32,000 bases of DNA from Candidatus Saccharimonadota bacterium (GCA_016699145.1 CP064962.1:840001-872000); one strand, 5' to 3'. Numbered from the stretch's first letter, positions 8,211 through 15,208 are shown. Numbers and translations are program-made. Notes: generated by a model from the letters alone, not told the origin.

Positions 8211-8768
8211 GTGTTTTCACAAGCCTTCATGAAGCGTCATTGGTCTCAAATCGTGGGCCTGCCCCTCACCTGCGAAAATCAAGTCCTCGCCGTTCTCACG
8301 GGCGTCTTTTTAGACCCGGAACAAGGGAAAGTTTTGGCCTACAGAGCGGGTTTCCAAGGCGTTTTCAGCCCTTTAGACATTCAATCGTGGCACGCAAAAT
8401 CCATCGAACTCCACGACCCCGATGCGCTCACCAGCCCCGAAGAAATCTCCCGCCTCAAGGCCTTTGGACTCAGACGCAGCTTGCTCAATCACAAAAAAGT
8501 GTCCACTCAAGGCGGAAAATCCCTGGGTCGTCTTTACGATTTTTGCTTGGAAACGAGCACGTCCAGCCTAATAAGCATTGAGGTCAGCAAACGCTTTCTT
8601 TTTTGGGAGTGGGACCATCGCCTCTTCCCCTTTTCAGACATTCAAGAAATCACCGAAAAAGAAATCATTTTGAAAGTGGAGCCAGAGCAAAAAGCAAAGA
8701 TCAAAACCAAGCAAACGGTCAAAGCAAACATTCGTCTGAGCCCGGTCAGTTCTTTCGAAAAGCACTAA
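8211..8768 (+). CDS. PRC-barrel-like domain protein (tentative)
   Basis: 185 aa from GTG 8211 (alternative ATG at 8229). Two segments resemble the PRC-barrel pattern (IVGLPLTCENQVLAVLTGVFLDPEQGKVLAY; KKVSTQGGKSLGRLYDFCLETSTSSLISIEV). Followed by a strong terminator. Confidence 0.5.
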   Translation: MFSQAFMKRHWSQIVGLPLTCENQVLAVLTGVFLDPEQGKVLAYRAGFQGVFSPLDIQSWHAKSIELHDPDALTSPEEISRLKAFGLRRSLLNHKKVSTQGGKSLGRLYDFCLETSTSSLISIEVSKRFLFWEWDHRLFPFSDIQEITEKEIILKVEPEQKAKIKTKQTVKANIRLSPVSSFEKH

Positions 8769-8770
8769 AA

Positions 8771-8796
8771 AAGACCCCGCAAAGGGGTCTTTTTTG
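8771..8796. terminator. bidirectional rho-independent terminator
   Basis: AAGACCCC-gcaaa-GGGGTCTT followed by a T run. A run on the other side. Lies between convergent genes. Confidence 0.75.
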
Positions 8797-8805
8797 AGAG
8801 TGCGT

Positions 8806-9243
8806 CTAGTTGGCAATACCCGTTGTCGTGGTCGTACCTGCTGCGCCGTCGCTGGCCGCTCCGAGCAAGGTGTTGACGAAAGCAAAGGAGACAAAGATGA
8901 GGATAGTTCCAATGGCACAATACATAAGAATTTTCTTCGCTTTCCCTACATTCTCTTCGTTTCCGGCTGCCGTGACATAAAGCACTCCGGCGTAAATCAC
9001 CATGAGCACCATCAAAAATCCAAGGAAGCTGAGGGCAAAATTCAAAATGGTTTTAACAATGGTTTTTAAATCACTTTCCCCCCCGGTGAGGCTGGAAACC
9101 GCAGAAGGATTGTCTTCTGGACTGATGAGTGAAGTCGCAAAAGAAGGTTCTGCGAAAAAGCTGCTGATGAACAAAGCGGCTCCGAGAAGTCCGGCAAAGA
9201 TCAAAACTTCACGAAGCAAAGGTTTTTGAGCAAGAGTGGTCAT
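8806..9243 (-). CDS. small membrane protein, TrbC/VirB2-like pilin-type architecture (tentative)
   Basis: 145 aa. N-terminal TM/signal, then two C-terminal TM helices flanking AAGNEENVGKAKK, and a Gly/Thr-rich tail. ATGA overlap with the murB stop. Confidence 0.5.
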   Translation of the reverse strand: MTTLAQKPLLREVLIFAGLLGAALFISSFFAEPSFATSLISPEDNPSAVSSLTGGESDLKTIVKTILNFALSFLGFLMVLMVIYAGVLYVTAAGNEENVGKAKKILMYCAIGTILIFVSFAFVNTLLGAASDGAAGTTTTTGIAN

Positions 9244-10144
9244 GGCGTGGAATTAAATTCACCTTCATTATAGCTCAAAACGGACGGAACGTAAACCACT
9301 TCTCGTTCCAGGCGCACGCCAAACCGCTCTTCCACTGTTTTTTGAACCTGTTCGCTGAGCATTAAGACTTCTTCGCAAGTGGCTCCGCCAAGGTTCATTA
9401 AAAAGTTGGCGTGCGCCACCGAAACTTGGGCTTTGCCCATTTGCACCCCTTTGAGTCCGGCGGCTTCTATCAAGCGCCCCGCATGGTCCCCCGCAGGATT
9501 TTGAAGAAAGAACCCGTGTTGAGTCCAGGGGGCTGTTTTTGAATCCGCGTGCGAGCCACCGCCTTCATTTTTTCTTGAATGGCTTCCGCGTTGCCAGGGT
9601 GTAGACGAAAAGTAGCACTCAAAATCACTCCATTTTCTTTTTTAAAACGGGACCAACGGTAAGCATAATTCATCTCATCCACACCCAAAGTTTTCACTCC
9701 CTGGCCCGGCAAATACACCGTCGCTTCTTTGAGCACATCCTTGACTTCCACCCCAAAACAACCCGCATTCCCAAGGACAGCGCCCCCCACCGTGCCAGGC
9801 AAACCGTTCCATTCTTCCAGTCCAGTGAGCGCAGACTCCGCGGCCGCCTTCACCAAACGAGCACTCATTGCACCGGCCTCTGCCCACAGTTCTTCGCCAC
9901 GCACTTTTAAAGCTTGTGCACGCATGCGAATCACCAGACCGCGAAACCCGGCATCGTCAAACAGCAGATTGCTCCCCCCGCCAAACACAAAAACCGGCAT
10001 GTCCCGATCTTCCGCCCAGGCCAAAGCTTCCAAAACCTCTTCCGTGGAGGAGGCTTCTAAAAAATAATCCGCCATTCCCCCAATTTGATAGGTGGTGTAA
10101 CGCGCCAGTACTTCATCTTTTTTGATTTTTTCATCCAAGCCCAT
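9240..10144 (-). CDS. murB: UDP-N-acetylenolpyruvoylglucosamine reductase MurB, split by a 1-nt frameshift
   Basis: Motifs YTTYQIGG, FGGGSNLLF, LPGTVGGAVLGNAG in the 9470-10144 ORF; IEAAGLKG...HANFLMN in the 9240-9473 ORF. A4->A5 (plus-strand T4 at 9499-9502) restores FKNPAGDHAGRLIEAAGLKG. Confidence 0.85.
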
Positions 10145-10181
10145 GCGCCCATTTTAGCACAGTGGCAGGCATCACGCTCAT

Positions 10182-10242
10182 GTGAAAAGTGAAAAGCGGC
10201 TAATTGTTACATTGTAACAATTAGAGTTTTTTGAGAATTTGG
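10182..10242 (-). repeat. 61-bp dispersed repeat, copy A, containing a perfect 12-1-12 palindrome
   Basis: The reverse complement matches 31591-31652 at roughly 87% by eye. Palindrome CTAATTGTTACA-t-TGTAACAATTAG at 10200-10224. Confidence 0.75.
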
Positions 10243-10316
10243 AATTAGAGAGCGGTCGCTCACCTATATATTGAATGAGTTCCCACGTCGATGAAGCCCA
10301 CCTCGCCCTCTTCCCT

Positions 10317-10607
10317 TCACTGAGCGGCCAAAATCTTTACTTTCATTTCAAGCACATCCCGTAGCTCAAATTCCACATTTTCAAGGTCATAGTGACTTTG
10401 CAAATTAAGCCAAAACTCAGGACTCGTTTGGAAGTATTTGGCCAAACGCAACGCTGTATCTGGGGTTATAGCCCGTTTCCCATGGATGATTTGACTCACG
10501 CGAATGGGTGGCACATCAATGTCCATGGCTAAACGATACATAGTGAGGCCAAAAGGCTCTAAGAATTCCTCTTTGAGGATTTCACCAGGATGGATTGCAT
10601 GAAGCAT
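10317..10607 (-). CDS. higA: HigA-family antitoxin (XRE HTH)
   Basis: MLHAIHPGEILKEEFLEPFGLTMYRLAMDIDVPPIRVSQIIHGKRAITPDTALRLAKYF is the classic HigA/VapI pattern. First ATG at 10607 (the ORF track starts at TTG 10640). Confidence 0.85.
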   Translation of the reverse strand: MLHAIHPGEILKEEFLEPFGLTMYRLAMDIDVPPIRVSQIIHGKRAITPDTALRLAKYFQTSPEFWLNLQSHYDLENVEFELRDVLEMKVKILAAQ

Positions 10608-10623
10608 GGGTATAAAGTGATAG

Positions 10624-10905
10624 TTAGTGATAATCAACAATCTCTAGATCATAAGCATTCCCCTCTCTCCAGCGGAAACAAATTCTCCATTGATCGTTGA
10701 TACGAATACTATGTTGATCGCCGCGCTCTCCTTTCAGTTTTTCCAATCGATTTCCAGGAGGCACCCGCAGGTCATTGATATCCACCGCCGCATGTATCAT
10801 CACGAGTTTTCTGAGGGCAATTCTTTGGATGGATTGCGGTATTTTTTTAGATCCCATCCGCTCAAATATTTTTTCTACTTCTTTGTCCTTGAAGGATTGG
10901 ATCAT
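10624..10905 (-). CDS. higB: HigB / RelE-superfamily toxin (plasmid maintenance system killer type)
   Basis: 93 aa. IQSFKDKEVEKIF...PPGNRLEKLKGERGDQHSIRINDQWRICFRW, typical HigB. Toxin-first gene order with higA downstream. Confidence 0.85.
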   Translation of the reverse strand: MIQSFKDKEVEKIFERMGSKKIPQSIQRIALRKLVMIHAAVDINDLRVPPGNRLEKLKGERGDQHSIRINDQWRICFRWREGNAYDLEIVDYH

Positions 10906-10917
10906 AAGGGTAACGAG

Positions 10918-10956
10918 ACGCGTTAATATCGTAACGCGTTAGTGACTGCGCGTCAA
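10918..10956 (-). promoter_or_regulatory. candidate higBA promoter with two TAACGCGT operator-like boxes
   Basis: Minus strand: TTGACG (10951-10956), 17-nt spacer, TACGAT (10928-10933). TAACGCGT (palindromic ACGCGT core) at 10934-10941 and 10918-10925 flanks the -10. Confidence 0.4.
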
Positions 10957-10961
10957 TACCT

Positions 10962-11796
10962 TGTAATGGTTCAATAGCTTTGCATCACCCCTGTGCAAAG
11001 ATATGGACATGGCATACACACAAAATCCCCATCTGCCTCGGGTGCGAATGGAGGCAGCAAAGTTAGTTCTGGAAAAGGCTGGAGCACACGCGAAGTGGCC
11101 AGACACACAGGTTTTAACCAAAGCAGCATTGTGCGTCAGAAAGTCATAGAGTACAGACTCAAGTACCAGCGGTGTGCAGAAGTGATTCACTATTTTCTGG
11201 AAAGAGATGGCTACGAAGTGAGTCTTTCCAGTGTGAAGAGAACACTCAAAAGGAACGAGATGACCAAATACAGCAAGTGGAAGAAGTGGCACCAGTATGA
11301 GGAAAGACCGCGGCCTGAAAAACCAGGCATATTGGTGCAAATAGACACGATTGTGGATGGGCCTTATTATGACAGACTTTATGTATACACTATGCTGGAC
11401 GTGTGCAGCAGATGGGCCTCTGCTATGCCGGTGATGAAGATTGGAACCCACGCAAGTTGGGAGTTTATTCAGCACTCACAAGAAGACATGCCCTTTGAAC
11501 TTAAAATGATCCAGACAGACCATGGAAGTGAGTTTTCCAAGTGGCTCACTAAAACGCTTGTAGCTAATGAAATTCAGCACAGGCATTCAAGAGTACGAAC
11601 ACCCACAGACAATGCCTATGTGGAGAGATTCAACAGAACCATCCAGGAGGAATGCCTCTCCCGAGTCCCAAAGACTTTAGAGGCTTACAAAAAAGCAATC
11701 CCTGACTTCCTTCACTATTACAATTTTGAACGTCCTCACATGGGTCTTCACATGCTAACTCCTAACGAAGTGATGCAAAGCTATTGATTACAAAAC
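10962..11796 (+). mobile_element. IS481-family-like insertion sequence, copy 2 (835 bp, internally deleted)
   Basis: Same termini as copies 1 and 3. Carries an A5->A4 deletion (11073-11076) and a net 99-bp deletion (junction ~11135). Flanks ATACCT / ATGGAG show no TSD. Confidence 0.85.
10993..11787 (+). pseudogene. degenerate IS481-like transposase (original start out of frame, 33-aa in-frame deletion behind the HTH)
   Basis: The 264-aa ORF matches the 294-aa transposase from GWSTREVARH onward. It lacks WVEKLRGNNYGHTIPTESSRPHSHPSELSAETV, and its first 28 aa come from a shifted frame. Confidence 0.75.
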
Positions 11797-11812
11797 ATGG
11801 AGCCACGATGTT

Positions 11813-11880
11813 TTCAACTTATTTTATGTTTGTGTTTGGGTTTTTCCGCAGCGGGAAGCAGTCCCGCCAAACATTTGCAC
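11813..11880 (+). repeat. 68-bp direct repeat R1 (upstream of yefM-yoeB)
   Basis: TTCAACTTATTTTATGTTTGT (21 nt) is identical to 12471-12491. Overall roughly 75% identity to 12471-12538 by eye. Confidence 0.7.
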
Positions 11881-11896
11881 TAAATAGGTTTTTATA

Positions 11897-11936
11897 TTGA
11901 TCTACGGGTCGCAGACATGTACAATAAAGCTGTACA
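11897..11936 (+). promoter_or_regulatory. candidate yefM-yoeB promoter/operator with paired TGTACA boxes
   Basis: TTGATC (11897-11902), 17-nt spacer, TACAAT (11920-11925). TGTACA at 11918-11923 and 11931-11936 (13 bp centre to centre), inside ATGTACA-n7-TGTACAT. Confidence 0.5.
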
Positions 11937-11948
11937 TATATTCCACTC

Positions 11949-12203
11949 ATGAATTCAACCACTACTTATACTAAGGCTCGAAAGAATTTAAAAACTGTGT
12001 TTGATGCTGTTTGTAGTGATCATGGGCCTTGCTTAGTCGAACGCCGTGAGGGCGGAAACATCGTACTTGTTTCCGAAGAGGACTTTAACTCACTTGAAGA
12101 GACAGCTTACCTTCTTTCCTCCCCTTCAAACCTTAAACATATCGCCACCTCTTTGAAGGAACTGGAAAACGGGAAGACTGTTGAATTTGATCTTCCTGCC
12201 TAA
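11949..12203 (+). CDS. yefM: Phd/YefM-family antitoxin
   Basis: 84 aa. YTKARKNLKTVFDAV...PCLVERREGGNIVLVSEEDFNSLEETAYLLSSPSN is the canonical YefM pattern. Its stop overlaps the toxin ATG by 1 nt. Confidence 0.9.
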   Translation: MNSTTTYTKARKNLKTVFDAVCSDHGPCLVERREGGNIVLVSEEDFNSLEETAYLLSSPSNLKHIATSLKELENGKTVEFDLPA

Positions 12204-12460
12204 TGAAAAAAGTCCAATTCACAAAATCTGCTTATACTGATTTTGAGTATTGGAAAGCCAAAGACCCTAAAGTGCATTCCAAAATCATCCATCTTCTCAA
12301 GGATATTCAGGTGAGTCCTTTTGTAGGGCTTGGAAAGCCAGAAGCTTTAAAATATTCTTTGAAGGATTGCTGGTCTCGTCGCATTAACAGGGAGCATCGA
12401 CTGGTTTATAAAGTCAGCGGACAATTGATCTCCGTCATATCTTGTCATTATCACTATTGA
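12203..12460 (+). CDS. yoeB: YoeB/Txe-family toxin
   Basis: 85 aa. FTKSAYTDFEYW...KIIHLLKDIQVSPFVGLGKPEALKYSLKDCWSRRINREHRLVYKV...ISCHYHY is the canonical YoeB pattern. Confidence 0.9.
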   Translation: MKKVQFTKSAYTDFEYWKAKDPKVHSKIIHLLKDIQVSPFVGLGKPEALKYSLKDCWSRRINREHRLVYKVSGQLISVISCHYHY

Positions 12461-12470
12461 TTGGCCTGCT

Positions 12471-12538
12471 TTCAACTTATTTTATGTTTGTATTTTGTTT
12501 TTGTCGCAGTGGGAAGCGGTATCCATTCATTTGCATCA
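12471..12538 (+). repeat. 68-bp direct repeat R2 (downstream of yefM-yoeB)
   Basis: See R1. Starts 10 nt after the yoeB stop. Confidence 0.7.
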
Positions 12539-12583
12539 ATCAAAAACTTACGATCTCTGTGATATACCTTGAGGGCATAGCTT

Positions 12584-13168
12584 TTATTCATCGCTCTTAA
12601 TTTCATCCGCATCTTTCCTAGAGGATGACAATGATTGGAATCCAGCAAGCCATTGTGAACGCAACTCATCACCTTTAAAACCTCTCTTCGTCAAATTCTT
12701 CCAGCGTTCGACATGAAGAAGGAAGTGAAACCCATAGAATTGTCTTAAGCGTTGTAGGATTGTATGAAGGATCGCTTCAGTCCTTATGTGTAAAGTTCCC
12801 TTCGCATTTTCAGCTGCTAGGTTTTCTTGCTCAGTTAAGAATTGGCTTAACTGACTACCATAGGTTCCTCTAAGCTTAGACAAGGCACTAGTCAAAATGT
12901 CGAGCTGATGAGGTATCGCATTGGGTTGTAAAGCCCCTGGCACGGTATTCTCACCAGCGTATTTAGCCTTGAACCTAGGTAGCACTGCATTTGCAGAAAC
13001 CACTGCGCCAATCGCTGCTTTAATTTCCTCAGGCAAGCCATCTAATGCTGCAACCTCAGGGTATCTGTTAAGAAAATCTGGATCAAAGACCAGGGGGGGT
13101 GGGGGGCTGTCATCTTCGCTCGATAGGACTCTCTTCTCAGGCAGGCTCGGTTCAACGAAAATTCTCAT
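12584..13168 (-). CDS. hypothetical protein
   Basis: The ORF is open to GTG 13243, but that start overlaps the 3' CCA end of tRNA-Thr. The first ATG (MRIFVEPSL) is at 13168. No motif recognised. Confidence 0.5.
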   Translation of the reverse strand: MRIFVEPSLPEKRVLSSEDDSPPPPLVFDPDFLNRYPEVAALDGLPEEIKAAIGAVVSANAVLPRFKAKYAGENTVPGALQPNAIPHQLDILTSALSKLRGTYGSQLSQFLTEQENLAAENAKGTLHIRTEAILHTILQRLRQFYGFHFLLHVERWKNLTKRGFKGDELRSQWLAGFQSLSSSRKDADEIKSDE

Positions 13169-13234
13169 AGGACAGTTGTTACGCAGGACGTTAGCAGCAA
13201 ATTCATTATACAATCTTTTAGTGCACACGTCAAA

Positions 13235-13310
13235 TGGAGCCACTTGTCGGACTCGAACCGACGACCCACGGTTTACAAAACCGTTGCTCTACCAACTGAG
13301 CTAAAGTGGC
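13235..13310 (-). tRNA. tRNA-Thr (anticodon UGU)
   Basis: Acceptor GCCACTT/AAGTGGC, anticodon arm ACGGT-TTTGTAA-ACCGT, T arm GTCGG-TTCGAGT-CCGAC, encoded CCA. Confidence 0.9.
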
Positions 13311-13389
13311 ACTGGCAACTTTTTATAGGAACTTACAAAATAGGTCAAGCGGAGCCCCTTTGGGGCAGTCTCGAAGTCGGACGCCAAAA

Positions 13390-13465
13390 TGGAGCCATCT
13401 ACCGGGATTGAACCGGTGACCTGCGGTTTACGATACCGCCGCTCTACCAACTGAGCTAAGATGGC
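13390..13465 (-). tRNA. tRNA-Thr (anticodon CGU)
   Basis: Acceptor GCCATCT/AGATGGC, anticodon arm GCGGT-ATCGTAA-ACCGC, T arm ACCGG-TTCAATC-CCGGT, encoded CCA. Confidence 0.9.
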
Positions 13466-13539
13466 CTGAAGCCAGCGTAGTATGGATAGAGGGCTTTTTC
13501 TAGTCAATAGTGCCGGCCCATCAGGATCTCCCGCTGCGC

Positions 13540-13568
13540 TTGACAAAATTATATATATTTCATAAAAT
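13540..13568 (+). promoter_or_regulatory. candidate sigma70-type promoter of the 13587 gene
   Basis: TTGACA (13540-13545), 17-nt AT-rich spacer, TAAAAT (13563-13568). Confidence 0.45.
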
Positions 13569-13586
13569 GAGCTACCGTAATAACAT

Positions 13587-14342
13587 ATGGCAATGTTGGG
13601 CGATCTATTTGAAGGCGGAGGAGAGGGATTATCAATACCAGAGCACAAACCTGGTACTGAGTTTAGAGTAGAGCCTGACCCAGCGCCATTCGCTGATAAA
13701 AAAGGAGAGATTCATGAGCTTATCGCAGAGGCCACCACTCCACGTGAAAATGCAACCCCGCTTTCCCCAGAGCTTGAAGCGTTTATGAGTACGATTTTGC
13801 AAAGATTCGATCAAAATAAGCACAACTTAGCATGCCACACAAAAGAAAATAGAGAAAAGCTCGAACTCAGATTGAGGGCAAAGCCAGCTAAATTGGCCGC
13901 ATTGAAGATGATGGAAGAGTGGGGTGGAAAGCCAGACTTTACGGGCATTAATGATAAAGGGGAATACCGGCTTGATGATTTAAGCGAAGAGTCCACAATG
14001 GAGCGGGGATTAACAGAAACAGGAGCCATTGTTTCATTTGATGCGTCAGAAGAGGAACTTACAAACAGAGGTAAGGCCTTAACATATCCAGAAGTCCTCA
14101 CAAAGATAGCGGCAATCGGAGGGGGTCTTGAACTGATGAGTACAGACCGGTATTTAGCTCTCAAAGAATTAGGGGTTAAGATGGATTTAAAAAATTACAC
14201 CTGGCTACTTCCCAGTGGAGACAGAAAAGCTGAAAAAGCTGCTTATGGACAGAAGGGCATGGTGTATCATCCGGGCGCAAGTGTAAACATAAACGTAATG
14301 TGTGCTTCCCGTATCGGGTTCCGTTGCTCCTTAGGAGTTTAG
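13587..14342 (+). CDS. DUF4256-like protein (tentative)
   Basis: 251 aa. The C-terminal two thirds resemble my recollection of the DUF4256 family (EEWGGKPDFTG...YRLDD...LMSTDRYLALKELG...TWLLP...MVYHPGA...GFRCSLGV). No search was run. Confidence 0.5.
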   Translation: MAMLGDLFEGGGEGLSIPEHKPGTEFRVEPDPAPFADKKGEIHELIAEATTPRENATPLSPELEAFMSTILQRFDQNKHNLACHTKENREKLELRLRAKPAKLAALKMMEEWGGKPDFTGINDKGEYRLDDLSEESTMERGLTETGAIVSFDASEEELTNRGKALTYPEVLTKIAAIGGGLELMSTDRYLALKELGVKMDLKNYTWLLPSGDRKAEKAAYGQKGMVYHPGASVNINVMCASRIGFRCSLGV

Positions 14343-14360
14343 AAGCTAACTCAAAAAGTC

Positions 14361-14390
14361 CACAAAAAAGCCCTCCGTAAGGAGGGCCTT
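14361..14390. terminator. rho-independent terminator between convergent genes
   Basis: GCCCTCC-gtaa-GGAGGGC (14370-14387). A6 on the plus side gives a T6 tract for the minus-strand gene. Confidence 0.65.
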
Positions 14391-14414
14391 ATTGATTGAT
14401 GGCAGCTAGCCTAT

Positions 14415-14972
14415 TTAAAATTCGTCGTCATTCAAAGGGTCTGTGCCGTTTCGGATTTCTTCAGGATCCGCCACCCCATCCCCGTCACTGTCCCAAAGAG
14501 TAGGATCCGTGCCGTAAATTTGTACTTCCAGGTTGTCTTCCAGCCCATCTCCATCACTGTCCATAAGGTCAGGTCGAGTGTGATGGGTGTTCACTTCATC
14601 TCCATCACGAAGGCTGTCCCCATCGGTATCCACTACAGCAGGGTTGCTTTGATGAGTCATCACTTCAGCATAATCAATGAGTCCGTCACTATCGGTATCC
14701 ATCACTCCTGGATTGGACGTATATCTATAGCCATTCACTGTTACGCCTTGTATTTCTTGGTTGTCCGTGAGGCCATCTCTATCGGTATCTGGATTAACGG
14801 TAGCGGTTCCCGTAGTAGAACTATTGTTTATGGAGGGATTGCTACGGCTACTAGGACCAAAGCGGCCCATAAAATCCTCGGCATCACCGCCCGAAAGCAG
14901 GTAATAAGCAGGTCCACCTAGGCCAACGGTAAGGACAAGGGCCAGGACGAGCAAGAGCTTTTTGTTTTTCAT
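14415..14972 (-). CDS. secreted protein with five thrombospondin type 3-like Ca-binding repeats
   Basis: N-terminal TM/signal peptide. Repeats DTDRDGLTDNQE, DTDSDGLIDYAE, DTDGDSLRDGDE, DSDGDGLEDNLE, DSDGDGVADPEE. Confidence 0.75.
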   Translation of the reverse strand: MKNKKLLLVLALVLTVGLGGPAYYLLSGGDAEDFMGRFGPSSRSNPSINNSSTTGTATVNPDTDRDGLTDNQEIQGVTVNGYRYTSNPGVMDTDSDGLIDYAEVMTHQSNPAVVDTDGDSLRDGDEVNTHHTRPDLMDSDGDGLEDNLEVQIYGTDPTLWDSDGDGVADPEEIRNGTDPLNDDEF

Positions 14973-15053
14973 ATTTTTGTGTTAAAAATTAAAAAGCATC
15001 ATGCAATTATATCACTTTTATATAATAAGTCAAATTCCAGCGATGAGGTTTTG

Positions 15054-15081
15054 TTGAGATTTTAGAGCGATACGCTATAAT
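15054..15081 (+). promoter_or_regulatory. candidate promoter of tRNA-Tyr
   Basis: TTGAGA (15054-15059), 16-nt spacer, TATAAT (15076-15081); 42 nt upstream of the tRNA 5' end. Confidence 0.4.
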
Positions 15082-15123
15082 CCCCCTGCTTTTGGATGGT
15101 TTTAGCCATCGACAAAACAATTC

Positions 15124-15208
15124 GGGCAGGTTCCAGAGTGGCCAAATGGGGCGGACTGTAAATCCGCTGGCTCTGCCTTCGGGGGTTCGAATCCCTCCCT
15201 GCCCACCA
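15124..15208 (+). tRNA. tRNA-Tyr (anticodon GUA)
   Basis: Acceptor GGGCAGG/CCTGCCC, anticodon arm GCGGA-CTGTAAA-TCCGC, long variable arm, T loop TTCGAAT, encoded CCA. Confidence 0.9.

Noticed and set aside
9675-10125. Long antisense or out-of-frame ORFs inside GC-rich genes (for example 9729-10067, 9868-10125, 16702-17244, 22212-22838, 28442-29008, 29005-29553, 29920-30399).
   Set aside because: They overlap well-supported genes (murB, the sigma factor, the MBL hydrolase, pcrA) and have skewed, low-complexity composition. They are the usual shadow ORFs of GC-rich coding DNA.
11813-12538. Reading repeats R1/R2 as integron attC sites flanking a TA gene cassette.
   Set aside because: No convincing RYYYAAC / GTTRRRY core sites at the repeat ends. 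The internal hairpin of R1 is not conserved in R2. No integron integrase or attI is in the window.
12472-12672. 66-aa minus-strand ORF over repeat R2, and the other short intergenic ORFs (1139-1372, 3102-3335, 24406-24708).
   Set aside because: They span repeats, IS ends or gene 3' ends, and lack plausible starts or any motif. 3102-3335 and 24406-24708 are the same antisense artefact of the IS left end.
13169-13243. Upstream GTG/TTG starts given by the ORF track for 12584-13243, 28241-28954, 5640-7856 and 10317-10640.
   Set aside because: GTG 13243 overlaps the tRNA-Thr 3' end. TTG 28954 leaves only 17 nt to the divergent helicase gene. In each case an ATG lies a few codons downstream and gives a more typical N-terminus. 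All of these starts remain uncertain.
13301-13648. ORFs overlapping tRNA genes (13301-13648, 5373-5591, 15007-15258, 15102-15326).
   Set aside because: The DNA folds into canonical tRNA cloverleaves, and the ORFs are by-products of stop-free tRNA and flanking sequence.
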